From: Sphagnum compactum
Lineage: Eukaryota
Assembly: GCA_965153455.1 (NCBI GenBank)
Contig: OZ234493.1
Coordinates: 5,890,001 to 5,954,000 of the forward strand
DNA: 64,000 bases
Reading direction: 5' to 3'
In this document: positions 37,620 to 52,300 of the stretch, piece by piece
Position numbering within the stretch: position 1 is the first letter of the stretch
Layout: the number at the start of each line of letters is the position of its first letter
Made by a program: the position numbers and the translations under genes
Notes under the pieces: model-generated
Databases searched by the model: none
What the model saw: the letters and a program-made list of their open reading frames with translations, nothing else
Told to the model about the DNA's origin: nothing

Positions 37620-39150
37620 AATGAAACCTCTACTCATATCAAACATATTTCAATGAGTAAATAAAGATGAATACTTGGATTGTATGCAAAGAGGGGGTAT
37701 GAAGTCATTACCTTCCAGTAGCATTAATCATGTGTCGGAGTAGATTCTAAAGTGCAAGAAAATACATCCCCAAAAATTTGAAAAGCTTACAACCCCTGAA
37801 TTTTTATTTCCAACTTCTCCAAAACCATCATCAAACATTCGACAATAAGTTGTTAGTGAATTTTCCCAAGTTGGGGAAGCCAACTTGACAAGCAAAAAAC
37901 AACAAGGAAAGTATCAAAATTGGTTTTTTAATGAATTGTGGTCACCCATTTTGGCTACCATGAAAAAATACATGAATATAAAAATGAGGTGAATTAACTC
38001 AAAAGGACCTATAGAGATTAAAGATACAAGACTAGCCCTATGACAAGTAAGTCAAAGCAATATGATAATTAATTTACTACACAAGGGGAGTTGAAACTAC
38101 ATGTGCGATATATGGTGGAGTGGTGACATTTTTGGGCTCCATGTGTACAAAATGAGATCCCATTATTAATTCTAGAACCTCACATTGTACAAGGATTATG
38201 TGACTTGTTGTTAGGAATGCGGGCAACAAGTCAATGTCTCCATGCCAGGATAGTACAACCAAATTATTCTTGGCTACTTTAAGGCAAAGGTTATTTCCAT
38301 TCTAGAAAAAATCAATTTCGCATTGTGGTTTACACATAAGTTCATGCATGAACGGTTGGATTGGAAATTTCAATGTTCAACAACAGCACATGGCAAACCC
38401 CCTAGTGATTGGGAAATTCAAGGGCCTTACATGACATATCACATTACATACTTGATGCTTTTATACAACATCCTTGCATCCTTGGTGGTTAATACCGATC
38501 AAGGAAAAATGTAACAAGAAGGATGTGGTGCAAATTGAAGTTGAAGACAAAGGTGCGATTACGTGTGTTGTTTCATGTATTGCAAATGGAAACTTGATTC
38601 GTTTCAAGTTGTAAAACAAATAAGTCATTGCCAAAAAGCCTTAAAGTGAAAAGGATTGTGGATCATAATGGCTTTACCCTAGCTTTATCTTACAATCATT
38701 GGTCAAATTTACATACATGCCAACAAATTGTCAAATAGTTTGTTAATTTTAATTAGAATAATAATGATTGGATTTAACTAATGACCAAAATATGGTGCGG
38801 TTCATTGATTGTTGGAATGTCCATTGTTCATCTAAATTTCAAGAGTGGATGAAGGAAAAGTACCCCAACAATTGTCTTTTATTTGTGCCCACAAATTGCA
38901 CATCCAAATTGCAACCTTGTGATGTTATCTTGCATTGGTGTTTAAAGTCCGCATTTGCTTCTTACTTCAAAACATGGTCAACAAGAAATATATAAGTCCA
39001 ATTGGAAGCCAATACACCTATCAACAAAGTTGATTTGCAAACTTATTTACCCACGTAATGTGAAATGGTATTCAAATGGTTATGGGAATCATATGTACAT
39101 TTGGGCTTACATCAAGAAATGATTAAATATGGATGGGAACATTGGATTTT
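37620..39150 (+). mobile_element. Decayed pogo/Tigger-like (DDE_1, Tc1/mariner superfamily) transposase
   Basis: LVVNTDQ (first catalytic D), SYNHWSN, and VRFIDCWNVHCS...LLFVPTNCTSKLQPCDVI (LxxDxxxxH and PxNxTxxLQPxD) are DDE_1 motifs. Many stops and frameshifts. Confidence 0.8.
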
Positions 39151-40573
39151 TAAGGGGGAAATTCATGGTTAGGGTACCAAAAAAGAGGATCTAACAAAAA
39201 AGGACTACAAATGACTATTTTGAATTTTTATTACATTTATTACTTCACAACTATAATGGATTGGTGTATGATTATAATTAAAATGATATCATGTTAATCT
39301 AGTTAAAAAATCTAAAAATAGATTGGATATAATATATATGTAGTTTTCAGTCATTTTAAATAACACAAATCTTTATTATAACTACATTTTCATTTTAAAG
39401 GAATCAAAAGGAATGCATTTAATAGTGCAATCGATTTCAATTATATTTCATAGATAAATAATGCATGCATCTATGTTTGGCAATGTTCATACAATGCATT
39501 TGATTAAATAGTATACAATCCAAAAAATTTGAAAGTTACAGAATCCATTCCGAAAGGGCTTAATGGAAAATGACTCTTTTTTTTTCCCATTTGCTTGATT
39601 TTTTGTATTGATTAAGCTTAGATTTTGTGGCCCCAAGTGTGGCAACACATGTAATAAATAATCATGCATGAAAACATGTCAAGTTGTTTTTAAATCTTAT
39701 GTATTCATTTTCTGCATTTTTAGTATTTCACCAAAATATTGATGCATAATTACATATGCATGTGAAAAATCACCACCACCATGACAATTAACATAACTTG
39801 AATAATCTAATTTTCTTACTTAAATTTATTCCATGTAAATGTTGTATTTGGAAATTAGTGAAAACAAAGTCCTTGAGTAATGTGTCCAAAAAGTAGTACA
39901 TTAATCCTAAATGTCCCCTAAAAACACATGATTGTAAATTTCAAATTGAAGCACATTAATACGATCAATTCCTTGTTTATAGATATGGAGATGGATGTTA
40001 ATTTAGAAGGTCTCAATCCTAAGATCATCAATGATATTTATCTTGATGTTGAAGTAGAAGAAAATATGAGCCGATGTCTAATTAATCTTCACATAGAAGA
40101 GAACCGTGTCCTTGATTTGAATGATATTTAATTTCAACCTTTTTTTCTATTTGGTTCAATCTGGTTATATGAATGGTCACAACTTTGGGTGTTTATTTGT
40201 GTTCTTTGTATGCCTAAATCTAACTTCATTGCATTGAATATTCTAATGTTATTAAATTTTTAATGAAATCAAACAACTTTTACGACATACACTTTTTGAA
40301 ACATCAGGCAATTTTTATCTTTATTTTTATGTTTCAAGAATTAGGCACATTTGCCAAATATTTATTAGGCATTTTTTCTTGAATTTAATTTCAACCTAAC
40401 TTGGTAAGCAAGTACGGTATCACCATTTTGGGCAAATCAATATGATTGGCCCATCAAAAATAGTCATTTCCTTTTACAAGCCCTCTTTGGATGGACCTAT
40501 ATTTTGGACATATTTGTAGGTCCAAACTAAATTTCCCATTATTTCACTAGTATAATTTATCCAAAAGACATAT

Positions 40574-42807
40574 CACTAGAACAAAACTGTCATTTTGCAA
40601 CTATGATATGTAGATAATTTTCAGTTGCATGCGACACATGCAACTGCTAAACCCCATAATTGCATAAGACAAGTTGCATACGACTAGTAGTTGACAATAT
40701 GTATGCAGACAATATATACGGTATGAATTCATATTTATACATTTACATTATTCTACAAGGGTTGCCCATGGTGACATGTGTGCATTTTTGAAGTTCAATT
40801 ATATGGTGACACATGGCATTTAAACATTATTTCAATATTCATCATTATTAACAATTTAATAATATATTGACCATCGAATATTTTAATCAGATTTTGACAC
40901 ATGCCATTTGTGAAGGCCAATTATGTGGTCACACATGGCAATTTTAAAAGCCCATTGGTTATTTATTTTTTAATTAATTAGGTAGGTAGGTAGATAGGTT
41001 TAAAATAATCCAATTTTGTTTTTTGGTTTAGCCTTTAAGGTTGACCCTCTTTCATTGGCCCATCCCAAATGGCATTTAGTATTTGGTTTGTCAACACATC
41101 ACATGCATTTATTTATATGGTGTGCACACTTGGAATCCATGGCAAAAAATATGGGATAAAAAATTCAGTTGCAAATGCAACCAATGTAGCTACAACCTAC
41201 ATGCAAATAACCATATTAACCTAGTTTACCTACTAGCTAAAATAATTATATTATAAATATTAAAATTTAATAGCTAATAATAATATAATATATTGATAAT
41301 ATTATTAATTAATTAATAAATATTATGTTAATATTTATAATTATAATAACATTTTAGTAGTTACGATTACTTCAATAATTAAAGATCAATAATATTATTT
41401 TATTGTTATTTTATTTTAATTAATAGATAAAATAGGTTAGTAATTAACCTATGTTAAGGTACTTGTAAGCAAATTAATGTAACTTATTAACAATAAATAT
41501 ATTACCATAATTAATATTATAATTATAATTATTGAAAAAAAAATTATTAACAATTAAGAATGATAATTATTATATCATTATATTATTTCAATAATATTAT
41601 TAATTTTAATCACTATTAATAAATAATAATAAATAATCATAGGTTAACTAATGTAAACTAATAACCACAAATATAATACCATAATTAAAATTGTTATGAA
41701 TTTTAAAAATAATATTATTATATATAATAAATATTAACATTAATTATATTATTTATAAATAATTTATAATATTATAATATTACTGCATAGCTAAGGTTGA
41801 AATTTATTAAGCTAGCATGTGTAACCTATTGGACATAGGTATATTATCATAATTAATAAAATATAATAATATTAAATAGTAATTATTGAAGAATAAAAAT
41901 GAATTTATTATTTATAATAATAATAAGCAAATCATTATTAAGTAATATAAGTAACTAAAAATCTAATTATAATAGTTTTTTAATCATTATATGTGATTAA
42001 CTATAATGATTAATTTTTATTTGTTTTGGGTTTAAATAATTCTGATTAAATTAACCACGTGGCTAAATCAACCATGACTAAACTAATTATAATATTAAAT
42101 TAATGATGGATAGAAAAATATTTCTAAAATAATTTAAATTTTTAATTTAATTTGGTCAATTAATTTTGGGTCAATTAACCATAATTAAATTAACCACAAG
42201 GTTAAATTATTAATTACTTTATCCATGTTTAATTTAATCATGTTAATTTAACCATTATTAATTAAATTTAACCTCCTAACTAATTTAGTTTTTAAGCTAA
42301 TTTAGCCATAGTTAATTTGGCCAAATTTAGTTTAGCCAAAATTGGTTTAACCATCATTAGTTTAATCAAAGTTAGTTTACCCATGATTGATTTAGCCTCA
42401 TAAATAGTTTTGTTGTGGTAAATTTAACCAAAATTAGTTTAGCTTCATGGTTATTTTTTGTTATAGTTAGTTTTGCCATGGTTAATTAATTTTGCCAATA
42501 TTAGTTAAATCATGGCTAGTTTAACTTTGATTAATGTGAGTTTAACTTAAGTTTAACTAATGTTTTGCCTTGGATAGCATTAGTTAACGTGAGTTTAGCT
42601 TTAGTATTAAAGCTATAAGACTATTATACATAGCCTAGGTAAATATATTTAGTATATTAACGTAAGTATATATTAGTTTAGGTCATGATTTTTATGGCAC
42701 GTGTCCATTTTGTACACTATTAGATGCATGTTAATTACACACATAACTAATGTAGTTACACGCAATTGCATAATGACTGGTTGCAAACAACATGATTTTT
42801 GCTAGTG
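40574..42807. mobile_element. Non-autonomous CACTA element (2234 bp) with TAT target-site duplication
   Basis: Starts tat|CACTAGaacaaaactgtcattttgcaacta and ends ttgcaaacaacatgatttttgCTAGTG|tat. It has subterminal gttgca/tgcaac repeats, a non-coding interior and an extremely AT-rich core at ~41240-42000. Confidence 0.85.
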
Positions 42808-45178
42808 TATATGGCTATTGCAAATTCACAAAAGCTCAAAGTAAACCTTTCTATTAAGCAAAATTAACAAACAACAATGAAAAGTGATTATACTGGAATA
42901 AAATAAATGGTGACAAAACATGTTTTATTCAAAGGATACAATGACAAATATCACAAAATTGGGGAGGGAGCCCAAGAAAAAAAAACATCACAATTATATT
43001 TGGATATGTCCATTTTAACTCAAATTCATGACAAGGTTTCATTTTGTTGAGTGTATGGAGGTTCTTGAATTGACTTAGTTTATTCTAGTCACGAACTAAT
43101 TCTTAATGGTTGGTCACTAGAACCAATGAAACTTGAGAAACTAGTACATATTATTTATAAATAAATCATCTTTTAATCTATACAATGGGTCTTCATCCTT
43201 CTCTTACCAACATTTTTCAAATTCTTATGTGAACCTAAATGATAATTAATGTTTTAACTAATGCATATCAAGCAATCCAACACTATTCACCATTCATAAC
43301 TTTGTTTTTAATATTCTAAGATTTTGACAATTAAGAATAATTTGAAAAGGTACCTTAAGATTGTGGAATAAAACGTGGTAATCAAGTAGTTGGGATGTTG
43401 TCATTGTTTCTTAACATGTTAGGATTTTTATTTTTTTATTTTTTTGACAATCCTTCTTATTATATTTATATATATAGATATTTCTTTTTTGAAATTAATT
43501 TATGCCCAACTATAGTGGTAGGTACATTAATATGTGAATATAAGTGAAGAGAAATAAGGTATTACCCACAAGCATGTGTGAATTAACATGCATTCAAAAT
43601 AGGTGAAGGACACATATTGATGGGTGGTTTGCACGTGGGTGAAACCAATATCGATATGTATCACTCACCTATGCAACCACCCACCAATATGTATCATTTG
43701 CCTATTTAGGATAGAAGGTATTCTACTTTGTTTTAAAAAAACAAAATCATGATATCATACTTTTTACTTTGAGATATTTTTATGTTGTGACCTCACCAAC
43801 ATGGATTCATTTGTGTGTTGTTGAGATTTTTATATATGTGAAAAAAAAAAATGAAAAACCAAGCTTTGCATAAAAGATGATTTTCATTTCAAAATGATAA
43901 TTTCATGCACTTTAAAAATTGTTATCCAATAGTTTGGCTAGCTATGATCCATTCCCCACCTCATATTCATCATGTATGAGGTTCAATGGTTTTCAAAAGT
44001 TAAATTGAATATTTAATTGTTATAATGAGTCATATACGTATGGGAAATATTAATGATTATGATAATGATGTCCAATAACTTACATAATTAATTCATAAAC
44101 AAATTAATTTGTCTATGTTCAATTGTTGTTTAATAAAAACTCAATAACCAATCAAGTTAAAATTTCCAACTAAATAATTTGTAATAACCCAAACAACCAT
44201 CATTTGTGAACCTTATAAAACAATGAAAATGAACCAATTCAAAGTGCCTTGATTGCAACTTATTACAAATTAGACTTCAAAGGTAAACACTCCTATTAAC
44301 ACTTAAGGGATAGAACAATTGTATTTCATCCCTTCTCAAACCCATACATGTAGCCCTAGTTAGATGCGATTAATGGGAATTTGTTAGGAATTCAAACTTC
44401 TTTTAATATGAAAACCAAAAAAATCAACTTCAATTGCAATTGAAAATTTGTTTTTGGCACATTTGTTGAAAAGTTATTTTTTGCACCTTTTTATTATATC
44501 AAACCCATTAATTACAACAATATCAACATGGTTTTCAATAGCATGTACACCCATTCCTTCTTTTATTTTTATCATTACTTGACCAATGTTCACCATCCTA
44601 CCACATTATATTAGAATTTGTAATATCTTAAGTTATTTCTTCTCACACACTCATATCATATTTATTATTCCATCCCCTTCATTAATAATTACAACATTGT
44701 TGACTAGTTGGGTGGTAGCCTTCACCTCTTATGTTCCAATCATACTTGGTGTTAAAAACTTTAGCGTTAAATCCCTTAACACCAAGATAGCCATTTAAGA
44801 CTTAAACCTATTGAAAATAAAATTTAATGTTAAGTTAGCATTTAAAAATTTCATTCACATCTATGATGTTATAGTGCAAATTAATAGTTGGGTTAATGTC
44901 AAACCCTAAAATTTTCTCATCATCATTTGCACTTTTGATGATTGCATGTATCTTTTTTGTTGAGAAGGTGTAGGTAGGTGAATGGATGGATAGGTGAAGG
45001 TGCATAAGAAGGTAAATGAATGCATGGGTGGGTAATTAGATAAGAGGCGGGTGAACAAATGAATGGGTGGTAGTTAGGTAAGTAATTAGGTAAGTGGAGG
45101 TGGGTGGGTGTATGAAGTTAGGGGCAAACATTAAACATGTGCAACAAGTTAAATGCGACACCAAGTTCGACGCATCTA

Positions 45179-47505
45179 CAGTATAATGCCCAATAGGAAA
45201 AACAAATCGGATTTTTTTTATTGTATTTGCACAATGATTAATGTTATAAGTATATTTCTCACACAATAGTTTCAAAGAAAAATAATGTGATATACGAGTT
45301 AAAATCCTCCCTTCAACCCAAAGGTTAAGGGTTCAATCCTTTTCCCAATTGTTTTTTTGACAAACAAAATGGATGAAAAATCCATAAAACATTTAAATAG
45401 CTTTAAAAATTAGTTGCCCCTAGGAAATAGCTTCCCTAGACAAAACAAGGCTAAATGTTAATCTCAAACAAGTTCCTCATAGAGTAAAAAAAATTCCCTA
45501 ATGAATAACATAATTTCTTTAAGGAGCAACTAATTTTCCTTGGGGAGGGCCCAATTCTCTAGGGAGAAGGGCACCTTCCTTAGGGAACAATGTACTTTCC
45601 CCAGGGAAAAGCCTAAGTTCCAAAGGAAACATATGTTCTGAATATTTTTGTAATCATAGTCATCTTATTTTTGTTTTAATATTTTTTTGCAACCTATCAT
45701 TGGAAAGGTTCCAAGGGGAACTACAACTTTGTAGATGGAAATATTTTAATCATAATTCATATGCAAAAGTTATGATCAAACAAAATTTTGAACACATTTG
45801 TTCCTTAGGGCAACTTAACTCCTTCTCCCTAGGGAACATGTTTGTTCCCCGAGGAAAAAAGGTTTAAGTTGCTCCCTGGGGCAACTTAAACTCCTTATCC
45901 CTGGGGACATGATTGTTCCTTAGGGAAAACCAACTTTTTCGGGGAAACATATGTTATGAATTTATTTGCAATCACAGTAATCTCATTTTGGTTTTATATA
46001 AGCTTGTGATTATCATTGGAAAGGTTTAGAAGAAAGCTACAACTTTGTGACAGAATTTTAGACACATTTGTTCCCTGGGGAACATGGTTGCTCCCTAGGG
46101 CAACTTAAACTCCTTCTCCCCAAAGGACATGATTGTTCCCCAGGGAAAAAAAAATTAATTTTCTCCTTAGGGCAATTTAAGTTCCTTCTCCCCGAGGACA
46201 TGATTCTTCCCCGGGGAATAACTAACTTCCCTAGGGAACAAATAACTTACCCAGGGAAAAGCCCAAGTTCCCCAAGGAAACATATGTTTCAAATCTTTTA
46301 GCAATCACAATCATCTCATTTTTTTTATAGGCTTGTGACCTATCGTTGGAAAGATTTAGAAAAAAACCACAATTTTGTAATTGGAAGCACTTCAATCAAA
46401 ACTGGTACATGCAAAAGATATGTTCCCATAAAGTTTCAAACATGGTTACTCCCCAAGGGAATGAAATTTAAGTTATTACCAAGGGAAATTGAGAGCAATT
46501 CCCTTGGGGAACAAACTTAATTGTGTTCCCCTGAAGAGTAAATGTGTCAAAAGCTTTGTGTGGACATAACTTTTGCATGTGAGTTTTGATTGATTTGCTT
46601 ACAACTACAAAGTTGTAGCTTTATTTGAGACCTTTCCAATGATAGTCACAAGCCTATATAAAAACAAATATAAAATTCACTATTCGCTGAGGAAGTTGGC
46701 TTTACATTGGGGAACAATCATGTCCCTAGGGAGAAATAATTTAGGTGCCCCATGGAGCAACTTAAATTTTTTTTTCTTAGGGAACAATCTTGTTTTTAGA
46801 AAGAAAGAACTTTTTTCTCCCCGGAAAACATGGTTGCTCATCAAGACAACTCAACCCTTTTTTTGACTTCAAGAATTTGTTTTCATCCATTTCATTCATG
46901 AATGAAAAAGATAATTCAACAAAAGGTTCAAACCTAGGATCTTGGGGTTATAAGGGGATTTTAACCACTATATTAGTTTTTTTCCTTTGAAAATAATATT
47001 TAAAAAAATTTAAAACCATTCCCTAAGGTGAATTCACAATAAAACAACCATTTCACATCATAACCAATGCTTAATATTTCACATTTTATATGGTGATTTA
47101 AATTGTTGTTGAAATGTTTGGAATAGTTTATATAATAACATTCAAATTATACCATGGAACATGTGAATAAATTTTAAATAAATCTAATAAATGAAAGACA
47201 CCCAAAAGCACTTTTAAAACACTCGTCATCATTCCTTTTACTACAAAAAAGGACATGTTAATGGCCTTGAAAATAATTTTTAATGACATATTTTGGGCAA
47301 AATTTGAATGTAAACCTTAAAATAATAGGATTTTAAAAAAAATTAAACTTTTGATGATTTTTTAAATATTTAAAGAATATTCCAAATTAAGCAATTGTTT
47401 TTAAGCAACCAAGTGGGTGGGTGCTGGTCATTTTATTGTGAACACACCCCCCATTGTGCACATATTAAAAAAACCTAATTTTTTTTCTTATTGGGCATTG
47501 TATTG
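45179..47505. mobile_element. Non-autonomous TA-flanked TIR element (Tc1/mariner-pogo-like ends) with an internal repeat array
   Basis: ta|CAGTATAATGCCCAATAggaaaaacaaatcggatttttttt..tgcacaatg at the left is the imperfect reverse complement of cattgtgcac..aaaaaaacctaatttttttt.cTTATTGGGCATTGTATTG|ta at the right (~55 bp TIR). The interior at 45410-46870 has many tgttccctagggaaca-type semi-palindromic repeats. Confidence 0.75.
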
Positions 47506-50500
47506 TATTATACTATAATTGTGTCAAACTTAGTGCTGCGTTTAATTTGTTACGCCTATTTAGTGTTTGTTGGTGTCAAGGCTTAAGGAATGTTGGTTGA
47601 AAATGCTAGCATTGAGTTAAAAACGCCTTTTATGGGCTGTTAATTAACATTACCATTTTAATTGCAAATACATGGTTTTTGTAAATTTGGTGTTTAGTTA
47701 CCATCTTCCTACCATTTCCTTAACATTCTTGTTACACTAATTGCCACATAAACATACACATCATATTTGCTGTTAACTAACTTTTCTGCCTGAATCTTAC
47801 AAAATTTGGATAATATTTAACATTGTGTTAGGATGATTTGCCATCAAATGTGAATCCACCTTTATAGTATGGTGATTCCACTCCCAACCTTTTTTCAACT
47901 TTTCCACTGATTTTTGTTATATCATATTTTATAAGTTATAGATTAATTTTATTTTCATTGTTTTTACCAACTACCAACAAGTCACTTTAATTTTCAATAA
48001 CTGCAAAAATAATCATTAATCAAAGTTACCATCTAATTTTCAATCCCATCTAATTAGTTCATATGATGAATTGTTCAACCCCAAAATTACATGACAAGGA
48101 AATGCAAATTTTACAAGGTTTATAATTTATTAAAAATTTATTAAACTATCAAATAAAATAATAATTACATTAGACAAGATCATCCCACCATAATAAAACC
48201 TTAAACACTAAAGTTACTAGGTCTTTAAATTGATAAATTATTTTGAGTGAGTTATTTTAATTTTTTAATTAAGTCATCACTATGTTGGTTTTAATACAAG
48301 TTAGGGTAACTAATTGTGTTTTAGGTTCGAACTAATTCAAATGTGAACAAGGTTGGAGTTATTTCATGTTTGGGATATAATCCCAAGTTGTGTGTCTCAA
48401 GTTACTTTTGGTGATTTAAGATTTCAAAATACACATTATTACTTGCTTTGTAATTTTGTTGTGTTATGCCAATTTTATTTGCACATGGTCTTGTGTGTTG
48501 TTGTCTGCTGTATTTTGGGCTTAAATTTCTACTTGTTTATAAATTTGTATCATATTTTAAATTGTTAAAAACATGAGTCTAGTTGGGTTTTGTTATATAT
48601 AAATGAAGTTTGTTTAAGCATTATTTTTGTTTCGTGTTTAACATGGGATTTTGTTGCAACAAATGCCATGGAAATGTTGTTTTGTTTCATTGTGTTTTTG
48701 GTTTTACTCGACATGATTATTACGTTTTTTAGAGAATTAAACCCCAATTGGGCATGGGTACCTAAAATGTGAAAATGTTGTGTGATGGGAGGTGTGAAAA
48801 AAACAAAACCACAACACATTACCGGGAAGGTCCTACCAACCAAAAAAGCCCCTCCCTTCGTTTTAACTATATATTTTTGTCATTCTTTCCCTTTCTCTCT
48901 TATGTTATATTGGTGAGGAAGCACTTAAGCCGAACAACTTGGCAATGGCAATGATGCCACTATTGTCATTGCATTGTTGGAGCTCAAATTCAAGTTAGAC
49001 TACAATGGAACTAGTAGCAAGGCACAAGTGGGGGGCCTCTCCTCCTTGTTTTTATGTGGTTGACAAGAACATCAAGAAAACAAAGGGGGGGGGGCACCAT
49101 TGCCTTTATTGGGAGCATATTAATAGTTCAATGGTAGTTGGGAAGTTATCCTTTTCATTGTATTCGTCTTTGTTGTTGCAAGCAAAAATAACAACTACTA
49201 GCAACATATTGATTGGATGCAATTAAGAAAAGGAATGAAGGAATGATGGGGGGTGGTAATGGGAGGAATCAAATTCCATAGACATCGTTTTATGTGTTGC
49301 AATTTGTTGAACCTCTTTTGAATATAGGAGGTTTGGCATGTTTGGAAGGTCCATGAGGCTTGAAAAAGTTTTAGAACAAAGAGGTTCAAGGAGTCCAATT
49401 TAAACCCCCATTTTTTTTTTGTTTAAAAAAAATTCAAAACTTGAAGTTATGAAGAAACCAAGTTTGAACCTAATCCAAAAATTTTCAATTTTTTTCATTT
49501 TAACAACATTTTTCATACACATGGAAATTTTCATCCACGATATGGATGTGATTTAATGTTCATCGCAAATGCTTTCATCCTACTTAGTAGCCAAGTAAAG
49601 ACTAATGACTATAATTTTTAAAAATATATTGAAATAAATTTAAATAACTGAGACCCTAAAACTAGTCATGGACAAAAAGGCATGAAATTAAGTGATTTCA
49701 AAATGTAATGTGAATTTTTTATTTTAAATCATTTAAATTTCTAAATTAATTTTTAAAATTTTAAACACAATTTATCATGGCAAATTACTCATTTGTTTAA
49801 TAAGAATGTCAAAGAACTTAGAATAAAAACTCATTTGATTTGATTTTAAGTTTTGGTTTTAATTAAAGACGTTTGCAAACGTACACCTACTGCGTCAAAT
49901 GGAGTCAATTTTGCAAAGGACTATCAAAAGGACTCATATAATAAAATAATTTTCATTGAAAAAAATATAGATGATAAGAAAAAATTAACCACCTTCAAAA
50001 AACACTCATAGTTTTTAAAATGTGGATTCTAAAAATTTAAAAATTCAATGAATGTTTCAAAATTGTTTCAGAATTTCAAAGCTTCAAAAGTCTTTTACCA
50101 CACATAAATGGGTTATAATGTACATGATGTATGAAGAAAAGTTATAGCTTAGAGTATAATAAAACAAAAGAATGTGAAATTTTAATTTTTGGTGATGATT
50201 TAAAATTTTGATCATTTTTCAAAATTAAACATTGAATCTATAAAGAATTTGCACATTTTAAAAAAATACTATTTTTTCAATAATGATTTTAAAACATGTG
50301 ATGCATTGGGGAACATTTGAATATTTTTTAGAACAAATTACCAAAAAAATCATTCAAAAAATCATTTGCATGTAAAAGTTTTTTGGGGGAAAAAAAATGT
50401 GCAATCATTTTCCAAAATAATCCCTTTTGTTCCTAGTTACAGGTTTTGACCCTTTTGGGTATTTTTCATTCATTAAAATTGATTTCAAACTTTTAAAGTA

Positions 50501-50644
50501 TACATACCAATACATTGAAAATAATATTATGTGAAAGCAATTCCATTCAAAGTTCTTTATTTTTTTTTTAAATGTTAAATACGCAAACCCAAACACTGGT
50601 TCTAACTATTTGTGTATGTGCTAATGTGACTTCACTCCATTAGA

Positions 50645-50955
50645 TCTGGCCATTATGTATAACTTAAGTTTAACCATTATGTTTAGCCAATGTTTAGCCA
50701 TTATATTAAACCACTAAGTTTAACCATTATGTTTAGTTTAATTTAACCATTAGTTGTCACCAATGTTTAGCCAATGTTTAGCCACTTGATTTAACCATTA
50801 TGTTCAACCTAATTCTAACCACCAGTTGTCACCTAGGTTTAACCAATGTTTAACCATTTTGTTTAATCATATGTGTAGACACTTGATTTAACCATTATGT
50901 TTAACTGAAGGTTAGCCATTGGTTGTCACCTAAGTTTAACCACTATGTTTAATGA
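50645..50955. repeat. Degenerate short-unit tandem repeat (gtttaaccattat / gtttagccaat)
   Basis: Many adjacent 11-13 bp variants of tttaaccattatg. Similar motifs occur at 42050-42560. Confidence 0.75.
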
Positions 50956-51629
50956 TGTGAAATAAAAATTTAACAAAAGGTGATCACCTTTGATGTTGAA
51001 GTCCGTTGATAAGGACTTGGTTTATCATTATGAAGGTTTGAAGTTCAATTTCTTATACTTACAACCTATGTGCATGCTTAAAAGGTTATAGGTAGGTTAG
51101 ACCAAAGTAGTTTGGTGAAGTTAAATTAGATTAGGTTAGGTAAACTAGGCTAAGTGAAGTTAGGTAGGCTAAGTTAGCACCTACCTATTTAAATGTTCTT
51201 TTTAACCTACCTAAATTTATTTATTACGTAGTTACTTCCCTACTTATTAATTTTTAAAATAGTAATTAAAAATGATTTTAATTTAGGTGCAAAATTGTGT
51301 CTAGTCAGATGGTCCATTATTTACTTGTCAAATAAATAGTCATTCTGTCAGTCACATTATTAGTCAAAATGACAAGGTCCAAATGGACTACCTAGTCACG
51401 TTAGCAAGTTTGAATCGACTTGTCCAAATTGACATGGTGGTTTCTTTTACATTTGTCATTTTGGGTATTTTTTTATTAAAAAACCTAGTAAAAAAACCAT
51501 TAATTATGATAATGAATGGATTTACTAAGTAGGGGGTATGATTTAAACCATTAACTCCGCCATCATCATTTGACAGGTTTCATCATATTTAAAATTAGGT
51601 ACACCTTAAAATGTTTCCATCACACCATT

Positions 51630-52300
51630 ATTGCGGGGCATATTTGAGATGTTTAGAGTCATCAAGGGGCTGAAGGTGGTTGGCACCTTTGAATTAAATC
51701 AATTTGTGCAAGAATTTGGTAATTGGTGCAATATGCAACAAATGCACAATTCACAATTATTCCCACCTTCATGGCATGAAAAAGATTATTTTAACATCTT
51801 GAAATGCCACAAAAGGGTGATTACTATGGATTCAAATGCACCCATGAAACACAAATTAAGGAGTGGTGATTAAATTATTCACCAAATTATGTTTCCATAA
51901 CCAAGGGTACTATGGCTCCAAGTGTTGTTATGGCTTCAAATGCAACTATGACAATTTCAAGAATAATTCGATAAGTGGGAATGCTAGAATTGGCACTTCC
52001 ACTAATGGGAAAATTCCTTTGCTCGTATTCAACCCTAGTGTGGAGTTATTTTGTAATTGTGAAAAAACTATCAATTAAAGAGTTCTAACACATAAACTTA
52101 GTATTTTTCAATAATTCCAATGTAAACCCAATGAAAGTTTATGGGAAGCATATGCACAAATGTTGAAATTGGTCACTATGACACAAGGGGTCACATAAGT
52201 TCATGCTATCCATTTTCGTATGGGATTTCAAATGAGGAATTTAAACCATAAATGCGAAATATTATGTTACTTTAGCTTGTACAACCAATGTTGGCAATTG
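51630..52300 (+). mobile_element. Decayed retrotransposon gag-like coding relic
   Basis: FELNQFVQEFGNWC... and, across frameshifts, KLSIFQ*FQCKPNESLWEAYAQMLKLVTMTQGVT, which resemble the Retrotrans_gag L..F.Q...ES+.EY..R...L motif. Confidence 0.45.

Noticed and set aside
50995-51055. tRNA/SINE-like head (gtccgttgataaggac...gaagttcaatttc)
   Set aside because: Too degenerate to fold into a cloverleaf or support a call.
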